This document shows, one piece after another, positions 1 through 9,500 of a DNA stretch of 64,000 bases (positions are counted from its first letter, which is position 1; each line of letters starts with the position of its first letter). Made by a program: the position numbers and the translations under genes. Below the pieces are notes generated by a model. It was given only the letters and a program-made list of their open reading frames with translations, was not told the origin of the DNA and did no database searches. The stretch lies in contig DATLTS010000048.1 in assembly GCA_035533475.1 (NCBI GenBank), positions 52,308 through 116,307 on the forward strand, in the 5' to 3' direction. Source of the stretch: Mycobacteriales bacterium. GTDB lineage: Bacteria > Actinomycetota > Actinomycetes > DATLTS01.

Positions 1-21
1 GCCGGCCGAGTCCGGCGGGCT

Positions 22-51
22 TTGACCCCCAGCGGGGGACGTCGGTATCCT
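22..51 (+). promoter_or_regulatory. candidate sigma-70-type promoter upstream of rplM (TTGACC-N18-TATCCT)
   Basis: TTGACC at 22-27 and TATCCT at 46-51 with an 18-nt spacer, about 100 nt upstream of the rplM GTG. It may instead lie inside the tail of an upstream CDS. Confidence 0.3.
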
Positions 52-152
52 CGGTTGGTCGCGCCGTTGGCGTCAGCCTGCGCGCGATGAGCCGGCAGCC
101 GCTGGCGACGACCCCACCGACGACCCCACCGACACCGACGTAAGGCCTTCCC

Positions 153-596
153 GTGCGCACGTACAACCCCAAGCCCGCCGACGTACAGCGTCAGTGGCAC
201 GTCATTGACGCGAGCGACGTCGTGCTCGGTCGGCTTGCCAGCCAGGCGGCCCGGCTGCTCCGCGGCAAGCACAAGCCGATGTTCGCGCCGCACATCGATA
301 CCGGGGACTTCGTCATCATCGTCAATGCCGCGAAGGTGGCGCTTACCGGCGCCAAACGGGAGCAGAAGATGGCCTACCGGCACTCCGGTTACCCGGGTGG
401 CCTGCGCCAGGTGTCCTACGGTCATCTGCTCGCCACCCGTCCGGACAAAGCGGTGGAGAAAGCAGTGCGGGGGATGCTGCCGCACACCACCCTCGGCCGG
501 CAGATGCTGTCCAAGCTCAAGGTCTACGCCGGACCTGATCATCCGCACCAGGCGCAGCAGCCGGTGCCCTACGAGCTCACCCAGGTCGCGCAGTAA
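153..596 (+). CDS. rplM: 50S ribosomal protein L13
   Basis: 147-aa ORF starting at [23 protein letters not shown]...GRLAS..A..LRGKHKP is the canonical L13 N-terminus. rpsI follows directly. Confidence 0.97.
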   Translation: MRTYNPKPADVQRQWHVIDASDVVLGRLASQAARLLRGKHKPMFAPHIDTGDFVIIVNAAKVALTGAKREQKMAYRHSGYPGGLRQVSYGHLLATRPDKAVEKAVRGMLPHTTLGRQMLSKLKVYAGPDHPHQAQQPVPYELTQVAQ

Positions 597-631
597 CCGC
601 GATCCCGCTGCATTTCGAGGAGACGTAAACC

Positions 632-1162
632 GTGGCTGAAACGCCCGCCGAAACCGCGCTCGCCACCGACGAGCCCGAAGCTGAGCCAGCGATCGAGGCC
701 GTAGCCGAGACGGTGGCTGAGCCGACGGTGGCTGAGCCGACCGTGGAGGCGCCGGCACCGGTGCGCCGGGTCGCGACCGGTCCGGCGGGGGCGACCGGAC
801 GGCGCAAGGAAGCGATTGCCCGGGTCCGGTTGGTGCCCGGCAACGGACGCTGGGATGTCAACGGTCGCGCCCTCGACGACTACTTTCCGAACAAGGTGCA
901 CCAGCAGATCGTCGGCGAGCCGTTCCGGACGCTCGAGCTGGTCGATCAGTACGACGTGATCGCACGGCTGTCCGGCGGCGGGGTGACCGGGCAGGCCGGT
1001 GCCCTCCGGCTCGGCATCGCCCGCGCGCTCACCGAGGCCGACCCGGAGAACCGGCCGCCGTTGAAGAAGGCCGGCTTCCTGACCCGGGACGCCCGGGTGA
1101 AGGAGCGGAAGAAGTACGGACTGAAGAAGGCCCGTAAGGCGCCGCAGTACTCGAAGCGGTAA
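632..1162 (+). CDS. rpsI: 30S ribosomal protein S9 with a roughly 55-aa acidic Ala/Glu/Pro-rich N-terminal extension
   Basis: GTG start preceded by GAGGAG at 617-622. The conserved S9 core is [12 protein letters not shown]...[17 protein letters not shown] at the C-terminus. Confidence 0.96.
   Translation: MAETPAETALATDEPEAEPAIEAVAETVAEPTVAEPTVEAPAPVRRVATGPAGATGRRKEAIARVRLVPGNGRWDVNGRALDDYFPNKVHQQIVGEPFRTLELVDQYDVIARLSGGGVTGQAGALRLGIARALTEADPENRPPLKKAGFLTRDARVKERKKYGLKKARKAPQYSKR
713..746 (+). repeat. 15-bp tandem duplication (GTGGCTGAGCCGACS x2 plus GTGG) encoding [11 protein letters not shown] inside the rpsI extension
   Basis: Read directly: 713-727 and 728-742 differ only at the last base. 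Confidence 0.9.
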
Positions 1163-1168
1163 CTCGGG

Positions 1169-2515
1169 GTGGGTCGGCTCTTCGGCACCGACGGCGTCCG
1201 CGGACTGGCCAACGCCGAGCTCACGGCCGAGCTCGCTCTGGACGTCGCGGTAGCGGCTGCTCACGTCCTCGTCGAGCGGCGAACCGGCGGCAGCCGGCCC
1301 GCGGCGGTGGTGGGCCGCGACCCGCGCGCGTCGGGGGAGTTCCTCGAGGCCGCGGTGCTGGCCGGCTTGGCCAGTGCCGGTGTCGATGTGCACCGGGTCG
1401 GGGTCGTCCCCACGCCCGCGGTGGCCCATCTCACCGCAACGCTCGGGGCGGATCTCGGCGTGATGATTTCGGCGAGCCACAACCCGATGCCGGATAACGG
1501 CATCAAGTTCTTCGATTCCGCGGGGTTCAAGCTGCCCGACGCCATCGAGGACGAGGTCGAGTCGAGGTTGCGCGAAGGCTGGGCCCGCCCGACCGGGTCC
1601 GGGGTCGGCCGCCTCCTCGACTCGTCGGCCGCACTGGATCGCTACATCGATCACCTGGTGGGCACCGTGCCGCGACGGCTCGAGGGGCTGCGCGTGGTCG
1701 TCGACTGTGCCAACGGGGCGGCTTCGACCGCCGCGCCGACGGCGTTGGCCCGCGCCGGGGCTGAGGTAACGGCCCTGCACGCCACTCCGGACGGTTACAA
1801 CATCAACGAGGGTTGCGGATCCACCCACCCGGCCGAGCTGATCGCGACGGTGCGCTCGACGGGCGCCGACGTCGGGATCGCGCATGACGGCGACGCCGAC
1901 CGCTGCATCGCGATCGATGCCGAGGGCAACGTCATCGACGGCGACACCATCCTCGCGGTGTGCGCCTTGGCCCGCCACGCTGCCGGCACCCTGGCCGGCG
2001 ACACGGTCGTCACAACGGTTATGACCAACCTCGGCTTCCACCAGGCGATGCGCGCGGCGGGGATCGGCGTCGTGGAGACCGCGGTCGGCGATCGGTACGT
2101 GCTCGAGGCGATGCGCGCGCACGGGTTGGTTCTCGGCGGTGAGCAGTCCGGTCATCTGGTCTTTCTCGACCATGCGACCACCGGCGACGGGATCCTGACC
2201 GCCCTGCAGTTGCTGGCGGAGCTTGCCGGTTCCGGGCGAACGCTGGCCGAGCTGGCCACAGCTGTCCGCCCGCTGCCCCAGGTGCTCCTCAATCTGCGGG
2301 TCGCCGACCGTGAGACGGCGATGGCGTCGCCGGCGCTCGCGGCCACGGTGCAGGCCGCCCGCGCGGAGCTCGGCGCCGAGGGCCGGATCCTTGTCCGGGC
2401 CAGTGGGACCGAGCCGCTCGTGCGGATCATGGTCGAGGCCGCGACGGAGCGGCGGGCCCAAGAGATCGCCGCGCGGATCGCTCGAACTTTGCCGGATCCC
2501 GCTGCGGCCGACTGA
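1169..2515 (+). CDS. glmM: phosphoglucosamine mutase
   Basis: 448 aa. It has the MGRLFGTDGVRG N-terminus and the phosphoserine loop SASHNPMPDNGIKF, and sits after rplM-rpsI as in other actinobacteria. Confidence 0.96.
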   Translation: MGRLFGTDGVRGLANAELTAELALDVAVAAAHVLVERRTGGSRPAAVVGRDPRASGEFLEAAVLAGLASAGVDVHRVGVVPTPAVAHLTATLGADLGVMISASHNPMPDNGIKFFDSAGFKLPDAIEDEVESRLREGWARPTGSGVGRLLDSSAALDRYIDHLVGTVPRRLEGLRVVVDCANGAASTAAPTALARAGAEVTALHATPDGYNINEGCGSTHPAELIATVRSTGADVGIAHDGDADRCIAIDAEGNVIDGDTILAVCALARHAAGTLAGDTVVTTVMTNLGFHQAMRAAGIGVVETAVGDRYVLEAMRAHGLVLGGEQSGHLVFLDHATTGDGILTALQLLAELAGSGRTLAELATAVRPLPQVLLNLRVADRETAMASPALAATVQAARAELGAEGRILVRASGTEPLVRIMVEAATERRAQEIAARIARTLPDPAAAD

Positions 2516-2528
2516 GCGTGATCGTCGG

Positions 2529-2542
2529 CCGAACCGGTTCGG
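2529..2542. repeat. perfect 14-bp palindrome CCGAACCGGTTCGG, 19 nt upstream of the glmS ATG (function unknown)
   Basis: Read directly. The sequence is self-complementary and lies in the 46-nt glmM-glmS spacer. Confidence 0.9.
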
Positions 2543-2561
2543 TCAGCTACCCTCGATCGAC

Positions 2562-4400
2562 ATGTGCGGGATCATCGGGTACGTGGGCGCGGGGTCGGCG
2601 GCGGACGTCGTGCTCGACGGGCTGCGCCGCCTCGAATACCGCGGATATGACAGTGCCGGGATCGCTGTCGTCGGCACGGGCGAACTCGAGGTTCGGCGCC
2701 GGGCCGGGAAGCTGGCGAACCTCGACAAGGAGGTGGCCGAACGGCCGCTGCCCGGTTCGACCGGCGTGGGGCACACCCGGTGGGCCACGCACGGGGCACC
2801 TACCGACCGGAACGCTCACCCGCACGTCAGCTGTGACGGGGCGATCGCGGTCGTACACAACGGGATCATCGAGAACTACGCCGCCCTGCGCCGCGGCCTC
2901 GAGGCAACCGGTCACGAGTTTCGCAGCGACACCGACACCGAGACCGTCGCCCATCTGCTCGAGGAGCGTTACACCGGCGACCTCGCCGAGGCGGTCCGCT
3001 CGGTCTGTCGCGACCTCGAGGGCGCCTTCACCATCGTCGCCGTCCACCGCGACGCGCCCGGGGTCGTGGTCGGTGCCCGACGCAACTGCCCGCTCGTCGT
3101 CGGCCGAGGGGACGGGGAGAACTTCCTCGCGAGTGACGTAGTCGCATTCATCGCCCATACCCGCCGAGCCGTCGAGCTCGGGCAGGATCAGGTGGTCGAG
3201 CTGCGTGCCGACTCTTTCTCCATAACGACTTTCTCCGGCGAACCCGCCGAGGGCCGCGATTACCACATCGACTGGGACGCGAGCGCCGCCGAGAAGGGCG
3301 GCTACCCGTACTTCATGCTCAAGGAGATCGCCGAGCAACCAACGGCCATCGCGGACACCTTGCGGGGTCGGCTCACCGGGGACGGTGCGATCCTGCTCGA
3401 CGAGGTCCGGCTCTCCGACCAGGACCTGCGCGAGGTGGACAAGGTCTTCATCGTCGCCTGCGGTTCGGCGTTCTACGCCGGGCTGGTCGCCAAGTACGCC
3501 ATCGAGCACTGGGTGCGGATCCCGTGCGAGGTCGACATCGCCTCCGAGTTCCGCTACCGGGACCCGGTTCTCGACCGGTCGACGCTGGTGCTGGCGATCA
3601 GCCAGAGCGGTGAGACCCTCGACACCCTGATGGCGGTCAAGCACGCCCGCGAGCAGAACGCGCAGGTGCTCGCGATCTGCAATACCAATGGCTCGACGAT
3701 CCCCCGGGAATCCGACGCGGTGCTCTACACCCGGGCCGGACCCGAGGTGGGTGTGGCGGCCACGAAGACGTTCCTCGCCCAGCTCGCGGCGACCTATCTA
3801 GTCGGCCTCTCCCTCGCCCGGATCCGCGGCACGATGGACGGCGACGAGGTGATGTCCATCGTTGCCCAGCTGGAGCGGATGCCGTCCCTGATCGAGCAGG
3901 TTCTCGGCACTGCCGAGCCGGTGCGTGCGCTGGCCCGCGAGCTGGCCGAGGCACGGACCGTGCTCTTCGTCGGGCGGCACGTCGGGTACCCGGTGGCACT
4001 GGAAGGCGCCCTGAAACTCAAGGAGCTCGCCTACATGCACGCCGAGGCGTTCCCGGCCGGTGAGCTGAAACACGGCCCGATCGCCTTGGTCGAGGAAGGG
4101 GTTCCGGTCATCGCGGTCGTCCCCCCACGACGGGCCCGCAGCGAGTTGCACGCCAAGATGCTTTCCAACCTCCAGGAGGTCCGAGCCCGCGGGGCGCGGA
4201 CGATCGCGATCGCCGAAGAGGGCGACGACGAGGTACTGGCGCACGCGACGAACGTCATCCGATTCCCACGGACCCCGACGATGTTGGCTCCGCTCGTGAC
4301 CACGGTGCCGCTTCAAGTGTTCGCCTGTGAGCTGGCGTTGGCCCGGGGCCTGGATGTCGACCAGCCGCGGAACCTCGCGAAGTCCGTCACGGTCGAGTAG
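2562..4400 (+). CDS. glmS: glutamine--fructose-6-phosphate aminotransferase (isomerizing)
   Basis: The frame is open from 2223, but MCGIIGYVG places the obligatory N-terminal nucleophile Cys at residue 2, which fixes the ATG at 2562. It has two SIS domains and the C-terminal KSVTVE. Confidence 0.97.
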   Translation: MCGIIGYVGAGSAADVVLDGLRRLEYRGYDSAGIAVVGTGELEVRRRAGKLANLDKEVAERPLPGSTGVGHTRWATHGAPTDRNAHPHVSCDGAIAVVHNGIIENYAALRRGLEATGHEFRSDTDTETVAHLLEERYTGDLAEAVRSVCRDLEGAFTIVAVHRDAPGVVVGARRNCPLVVGRGDGENFLASDVVAFIAHTRRAVELGQDQVVELRADSFSITTFSGEPAEGRDYHIDWDASAAEKGGYPYFMLKEIAEQPTAIADTLRGRLTGDGAILLDEVRLSDQDLREVDKVFIVACGSAFYAGLVAKYAIEHWVRIPCEVDIASEFRYRDPVLDRSTLVLAISQSGETLDTLMAVKHAREQNAQVLAICNTNGSTIPRESDAVLYTRAGPEVGVAATKTFLAQLAATYLVGLSLARIRGTMDGDEVMSIVAQLERMPSLIEQVLGTAEPVRALARELAEARTVLFVGRHVGYPVALEGALKLKELAYMHAEAFPAGELKHGPIALVEEGVPVIAVVPPRRARSELHAKMLSNLQEVRARGARTIAIAEEGDDEVLAHATNVIRFPRTPTMLAPLVTTVPLQVFACELALARGLDVDQPRNLAKSVTVE

Positions 4401-4412
4401 CCGGTCGGCCGC

Positions 4413-4781
4413 GTGATCGTCGGGGTCGGCATCGACATCGTCGACGTGACCCGGTTCGCCCACGCCCTGGAGCGGACCCCGTCGCTGGCCGGGCGTCTGT
4501 TCACCCGTGCCGAGCGGGAGCCGGTCGGTTCCCGGGCCCGGTCGGCGGCCTCCTTCGCCGCGCGATTCGCGGCGAAGGAGGCGGTCGCGAAGGCGTTGGG
4601 GGCCCCTCGCGGGCTGCGGTGGCACGACGTCGAGGTGGTCACGGAGCCCTCCGGCCGGCCGGCGCTTCTGGTCGGTGGCACGGTGGCGGAGGCAGCGGCC
4701 GGCCTGCAGGTGACCGGTTGGCAGGTGTCGCTGAGCCACGACTGTGGATCGGCGATCGCGGTCGTGTTGGCGCAGCGATGA
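4413..4781 (+). CDS. acpS: holo-[acyl-carrier-protein] synthase
   Basis: 122 aa. [15 protein letters not shown] and [12 protein letters not shown] are typical AcpS motifs. Confidence 0.93.
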   Translation: MIVGVGIDIVDVTRFAHALERTPSLAGRLFTRAEREPVGSRARSAASFAARFAAKEAVAKALGAPRGLRWHDVEVVTEPSGRPALLVGGTVAEAAAGLQVTGWQVSLSHDCGSAIAVVLAQR

Positions 4782-6274
4782 GGGCTGCCTACGACGTGGC
4801 GGCGGTCCGGACCGCTGAGGGGATTCTTCAGGCGGCGGTGCCGGACGGGGCCCTCATGCAGCGCGCGGCGAGCGGGTTGGCCCGACGGTGCGCCGAGATG
4901 CTCGGCCGGGTGTACGGCTCGCGGGTCGTGCTGCTGGTCGGATCCGGTGACAACGGCGGGGACGCGCTGTTCGCCGGCGCTCGGTTGGCGGTCCGGGGCG
5001 CGCGGGTCGACGCGATCCAGACCGGCGATCGCATGCACGCCGCGGGGCGGGCGGCTCTGGAGCAGGCCGGGGGCCTGCTGCACGACCCGGCGGCCGCCGG
5101 GGAGCTGATCGGCCGGGCGGACCTCGTCATGGACGGGATGGTCGGGATCGGCGCCCGTGGCAAACTGCGGCCGCCGGCCGAATGGCTGGCGGGGCTGGCA
5201 TCTTCGGGTCGGGCCCCCGTCGTTGCCGTCGATGTCCCGAGCGGGGTGGATGCGACCACCGGCCGGGTCGAGGGTGCGGTGGTGCGGGCGGACGTGACGG
5301 TGACGTTCGGAAGCCTGAAACCCGGTCTTCTGGTGGCTCCAGGTGCGCAGGCGGCCGGGGCCGTCGATCTGGTCGACATCGGGCTGGCCGGTTACCTCCG
5401 CGAGCCGCCGGCCGTGCGGGTCCTGGACGCGGAGGACGTGGCCCGGTTGCTTCCGGTACCGGGCGCGGATGGCGACAAATACCGCCGCGGGGTGCTCGGC
5501 GTGGTCGCCGGCAGCGACACCTATCCCGGGGCGGCCGTGCTCGCCGTCGGCGCCGCGCTGCACGCCGGTGCGGGCATGATCAGGTACGTGGGGGCGGCCG
5601 CCCCAGCCGAACTGGTCCGCCAGCGTTGGCCCGAGGCGGTGTGCACCGTCGTCGACCACGATGCTTCCGGGTCGCCGGACGACCCGGAGGCCGTGCTCGA
5701 AGCCGGGCGCGTGCAGGCCTGGGTGATCGGGCCAGGACTCGGCACCGGGGATGGCGCGCGGTCGGTCCTCAAGGCCGTGCTCAGCACGGACCTACCGGTA
5801 CTCGTCGACGCGGATGCCCTGAACCTGCTTGCCGCACATCCGTTCTGGGTTGCGCGCCGACGTGGGCCGACGCTGCTGACCCCGCACGCCGGCGAGTTCG
5901 CTCGCCTGACCGGTGCGGAGCGCGCCGACGTAGCGGCGGACCGGCTCGATCACGCCCGGCGGGCCGCCGCGGATCTGGCGGCCACGGTCCTGCTGAAGGG
6001 CTCGACAACCGTGGTTTGCGATCCGGCCGGGGCCACCTACGTCAACCCGACCGGCACCGGCTACCTGGCCACCGCCGGTAGCGGCGACGTGCTGTCGGGA
6101 GCCGCGGGCGCGCTGCTCGCCCAGGGGCTCCAGCCGCTCGAGGCCGGGGCGGTAGGCGCCTACCTGCACGGTCTGGCGGCCCGATTGGCCGCCGGCCCGG
6201 GCGGCGGCGCCCCGATCCGGGCGTTCGACGTGATCCGGTACTGGCGTAGCGCGGTGGCAACCGTGCGGGGCTGA
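4778..6274 (+). CDS. nnr: bifunctional NAD(P)H-hydrate repair enzyme (epimerase plus ADP-dependent dehydratase)
   Basis: ATG 4778 overlaps the acpS stop (ATGA). The N-terminal YjeF_N-like half contains [10 protein letters not shown]. The C-terminal carbohydrate-kinase-like half contains LLKGSTTVV...[11 protein letters not shown]. Confidence 0.9.
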   Translation: MRAAYDVAAVRTAEGILQAAVPDGALMQRAASGLARRCAEMLGRVYGSRVVLLVGSGDNGGDALFAGARLAVRGARVDAIQTGDRMHAAGRAALEQAGGLLHDPAAAGELIGRADLVMDGMVGIGARGKLRPPAEWLAGLASSGRAPVVAVDVPSGVDATTGRVEGAVVRADVTVTFGSLKPGLLVAPGAQAAGAVDLVDIGLAGYLREPPAVRVLDAEDVARLLPVPGADGDKYRRGVLGVVAGSDTYPGAAVLAVGAALHAGAGMIRYVGAAAPAELVRQRWPEAVCTVVDHDASGSPDDPEAVLEAGRVQAWVIGPGLGTGDGARSVLKAVLSTDLPVLVDADALNLLAAHPFWVARRRGPTLLTPHAGEFARLTGAERADVAADRLDHARRAAADLAATVLLKGSTTVVCDPAGATYVNPTGTGYLATAGSGDVLSGAAGALLAQGLQPLEAGAVGAYLHGLAARLAAGPGGGAPIRAFDVIRYWRSAVATVRG

Positions 6275-6286
6275 GAGAATGCCTGC

Positions 6287-7423
6287 GTGAGCTCGTCGCC
6301 CCACGCGGTCGCAGTCGTGGACCTCGACGCGATCCGGGACAACGTCGGCCGCCTCGTCGAGCTGGCCGGTGAGGCCGCGGTGTGCGCCGTGGTGAAGGCC
6401 GACGGGTACGGCCACGGGCTGGTCCCCGTCGCTCGGGCGGCGCTGGACGGCGGCGCGGGCTGGCTCGGTGTGGCGTTCCTTGACGAGGCCCTCGCCCTGC
6501 GTTCCGCCGGCCTCGAGTCGCCGCTGGTCGCCTTCATCGTCGGCCCCGGCTCGGACCTGCCCGCTGCCTTGACCGGACAGATCGATGTCGCCGTCGGTGA
6601 CCGGGCTCGGCTCGCCGACCTCGCCGCCGCCGCCCGGGCGGTCGGCGTCCCGGCCCGGGTTCACCTCGAAGCGGACACCGGCCTCAGCCGGGGCGGCGCC
6701 CCGGCCGCCGACTGGGCCGACCTCGTCGAGGCTGCGGCCAAGGCTCAGGCGGACGGGACCGTGTCGGTGGTCGGCGTGTGGTCGCACCTGGCTTGCGCGG
6801 ACGAGCCCGGCCATCCGGCGACCGCCGGGCAACTGGCCGGTTTCGCGGCTGCGCTGGAGCTCGCCGACCGGGCCGGAGTGCATCCGGAGGTCCGGCACCT
6901 CGCCAACTCGGCGGCCTTGCTCACCGAGCCCGCCGCGCGCTACGACCTGGTCCGACCCGGGATCGCAATGTACGGGCTGTCGCCCGGACCGGGCGTGGCG
7001 GCCGCCCGGTTCGAGCTGCGTCCAGCGATGACGTTGACCTCCCGCGTGGCGCTGGCCAAGCGGGTGCCCGGCGGTTCGGGGGTCAGCTACGGCCACCGCT
7101 ACCGGACGACCGGCGAGACCGGGCTCGCGCTCATCCCGCTGGGTTACGGCGACGGGATCCCCCGGGCCGGCGGTGGCACCCTCGAGGTGCTCCTCGCCGG
7201 TGCTCGCCGGCGGATCGCCGGCACGGTGTGCATGGACCAGTTCGTCGTCGACACGGGCGCCGACTCGGTCGGTGCCGGGGACGAAGTCGTACTCTTCGGC
7301 CCGGGCAGCCAGGGCGAGCCCACCGCGGACGAGTGGGCCGACGTGCTCGGCACCATCGGCTACGAGATCGTCACCCGGATCGGGCCGCGGGTGGCCCGCC
7401 GCTACCTGGGCGAGCGACCGTGA
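6287..7423 (+). CDS. alr: alanine racemase
   Basis: 378 aa. The PLP-lysine region is AVVKADGYGHG. It also carries VSYG and CMDQFVVD, typical of Alr. Confidence 0.95.
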   Translation: MSSSPHAVAVVDLDAIRDNVGRLVELAGEAAVCAVVKADGYGHGLVPVARAALDGGAGWLGVAFLDEALALRSAGLESPLVAFIVGPGSDLPAALTGQIDVAVGDRARLADLAAAARAVGVPARVHLEADTGLSRGGAPAADWADLVEAAAKAQADGTVSVVGVWSHLACADEPGHPATAGQLAGFAAALELADRAGVHPEVRHLANSAALLTEPAARYDLVRPGIAMYGLSPGPGVAAARFELRPAMTLTSRVALAKRVPGGSGVSYGHRYRTTGETGLALIPLGYGDGIPRAGGGTLEVLLAGARRRIAGTVCMDQFVVDTGADSVGAGDEVVLFGPGSQGEPTADEWADVLGTIGYEIVTRIGPRVARRYLGERP

Positions 7424-8487
7424 GCCGTCGCCGGAGGTTCGCCGTCGCCGGCGTCGTCGCGGGTGGGTTGGTCGCCTCGACGGCCGCGGTCCTCGCCGCC
7501 CAGCGGCAGCTGGCGTCCCGGATTCGTCACGTGCCCGACCCCGATGCCCGCGAACCGTTCGGCTCCCTGCACAGCCGGGGTCGTGTGGTCCTGGCCGACG
7601 ACGGCGTTCCGCTGCACGTCGAGGAGCTCGGCGATCCCGCCGCCCGGCCGACCGTCGTGTTCGTCCATGGCTTCAGCCTGTCCATGGACAGCTGGCACTA
7701 CCAGCGGCGCGACCTGCCCGACGTCGGCCGGCTGGTGTTCTACGACCAGCGCAGCCACGGCGCGTCGGGGCGTGGCTCCAAGGAGCACGCCACGCTGGAT
7801 CAGCTGGGCCGCGATCTGTTCAGCGTGCTCCTGTCCACCGCGCCCGAGGGGCCGGTGGTGCTGATCGGGCATTCCCTCGGCGGGATGACCATCATGGCGC
7901 TCGCCGAGCAGCACCCCGAAATGTTCGGCCGGCGGATCGTCGGCGTCGCGCTGCTGTCCACCGCATCAGGGCAGATTGCGGACACCGTGTTCGGCCTGCC
8001 CCGGCGCGCCGGGCGGGTGCTGAAGATCGCCGCGCCGGTTGTCGTTCCGCGGTTGGCCAGCCGTTCCGCCCTGCTCGAACGCGGCCGGTCGGTGAGTGGC
8101 GACCTGTCCTTCCTGGTCACCCGCTGGTTCGCGTTCGGCCGGCACGCCTCGCCCTCCCTCGTGGCCTTCCTCGAGCGGATGCTGGCTGCCACCCCGATTG
8201 ACGTCATCCTCGAGTTCCTGCCGACGTTCCTCGACCACGACCGGGTCGGGGCGCTGGCGGCTCTGCGCGGTGTCGAGACGCTCATCCTCACCGGCGCCCG
8301 GGACACGTTGATCACCCCCGACCACAGCCAGGCGATCGCCGAGGTGCTGCCCGACGCCGAGCTGGTCCAACTCGCCGACGCTGGGCACATGGTCACGCTC
8401 GAGCGTCCGGCGCTGGTCAACCTGCACCTGCGGGCGTTCATCCGCCGGGCCGGACGCGCTCGGCGCCGGCGCGCCGCGTCCGCGTGA
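7420..8487 (+). CDS. alpha/beta-fold hydrolase with an N-terminal membrane anchor
   Basis: GTG 7420 overlaps the alr stop (GTGA). It has an HGFSLS oxyanion region, the nucleophile elbow GHSLGG and a C-terminal GHM. The N-terminal hydrophobic stretch is FAVAGVVAGGLVASTAAVLAA. Confidence 0.85.
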   Translation: MSRRRRFAVAGVVAGGLVASTAAVLAAQRQLASRIRHVPDPDAREPFGSLHSRGRVVLADDGVPLHVEELGDPAARPTVVFVHGFSLSMDSWHYQRRDLPDVGRLVFYDQRSHGASGRGSKEHATLDQLGRDLFSVLLSTAPEGPVVLIGHSLGGMTIMALAEQHPEMFGRRIVGVALLSTASGQIADTVFGLPRRAGRVLKIAAPVVVPRLASRSALLERGRSVSGDLSFLVTRWFAFGRHASPSLVAFLERMLAATPIDVILEFLPTFLDHDRVGALAALRGVETLILTGARDTLITPDHSQAIAEVLPDAELVQLADAGHMVTLERPALVNLHLRAFIRRAGRARRRRAASA

Positions 8488-9500
8488 GCCTGGCCGGCCT
8501 GGCCGCATCCGTCGCCACGTGTGTCGCCTGCCCGCTGGCCGAGGGCCGCACCCATGCGGTGGCTGGCGAGTTCCCCGCGGGCGCCCGGCTGATGCTCGTC
8601 GGCGAGGCCCCCGGTCACGACGAGGACGTGTCCGGTCGGCCCTTTGTCGGCCGCGCCGGCCGACTTCTCGATGAGCTGCTCGACGGGGCCGGGCTCAGTC
8701 GGGCCGAGGTTTCGATCACGAACGTCGTCAAGTGCCGCCCTCCCGACAACCGGCCGCCGCGGCGGGCCGAGTTGCGGGAGTGCCGGAGCTGGATCGACCG
8801 TCAGCTCCCGCTGGCTGACCCGGCGCTCGTCGTCACCCTGGGCGGCACGGCCGCGGCCTGGGCGTTCGGCCGACCGGTTCGGCTCGTGGACGTCCGGGGC
8901 CGCGACCATCTGCTGGCCGGCCGGGTGCTCGTGGCGACGTTCCACCCGTCGGCGGCGCTGCGGTTCGGGCCGTCGGGTGCGCCACGGGCCGGGCTCGCCG
9001 AGGACCTGGCGCACGCCGCGCGACGGCTCCGACACCTGGGCGCCGGCGGTCTCGCGTTCGGTGCGGTCGGGCCGGAGATCGCGGCCAACCTGCTGACCGT
9101 TGCCCTGGCCGGCTTCGGCACGCTCCCGCCGCTGGACCCGCCGTCCAGCCTTTTCGGGGAAACCGAAGGGATCGTCGCGGCCGAGTTGGCCGCGCATCCC
9201 GGCGTTGCGGCCTACCGGCACGGCGAGCTGGTTGCCGGCCTGCGCTGCCGGCCCGACGGCTCGGCACTCTGGCTGCGTCGCGTCGCGGTCGCACCGGCCG
9301 AGCAGGGCGCCGGCGTGGGCACCTGCCTGCTCGCCTGGACGCACCGCTGGGCGGCCGGACTCGGCTTCCGGGAGACCCGGGTCGGCGTGCGCTCGGTGTT
9401 GGACCGGACCCGGACCTTCTGGCAGCGCCGAGGCTACGAAGCCGTTGCCGAGCATGGTTACTGGACGGAGTACGCGCGCCGGCTGGGTCAGAGCGGGTGA
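8484..9500 (+). CDS. family-4 (Fe-S) uracil-DNA glycosylase fused to a short C-terminal GNAT acetyltransferase domain
   Basis: The UDG half covers aa 1 to about 185. It has Cys13/Cys16/Cys84/Cys100, GEAPG at aa 40-44 and HPS at aa 154-156. The GNAT half covers about aa 230-325, with WLRRVAVAPAEQGAGVG (the Q/RxxGxG/A acetyl-CoA loop) and FWQRRGY. The 338-aa ORF is continuous and has GTGA overlaps at both ends. Confidence 0.8.
   Translation: MSLAGLAASVATCVACPLAEGRTHAVAGEFPAGARLMLVGEAPGHDEDVSGRPFVGRAGRLLDELLDGAGLSRAEVSITNVVKCRPPDNRPPRRAELRECRSWIDRQLPLADPALVVTLGGTAAAWAFGRPVRLVDVRGRDHLLAGRVLVATFHPSAALRFGPSGAPRAGLAEDLAHAARRLRHLGAGGLAFGAVGPEIAANLLTVALAGFGTLPPLDPPSSLFGETEGIVAAELAAHPGVAAYRHGELVAGLRCRPDGSALWLRRVAVAPAEQGAGVGTCLLAWTHRWAAGLGFRETRVGVRSVLDRTRTFWQRRGYEAVAEHGYWTEYARRLGQSG

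Noticed and set aside
569-2461. 630-aa minus-strand ORF. Similar very long ORFs include 13579-15888(-), 18692-20584(-), 29035-31089(+), 37039-38769(-), 52695-54392(+) and 56109-57728(+).
   Set aside because: Each lies antisense to, or out of frame with, a gene carrying unmistakable conserved motifs (rpsI/glmM, groEL, guaB, the carboxyltransferase, purH, accA3, accD5). Their translations are Arg/Pro/Gly-rich low-complexity sequence, as expected for stop-poor alternative frames in GC-rich DNA.
2223-2561. N-terminal 113-codon extension of the glmS ORF.
   Set aside because: GlmS requires Cys as the mature N-terminal residue (MCGI...). The extension overlaps glmM and is Arg/Pro-rich.
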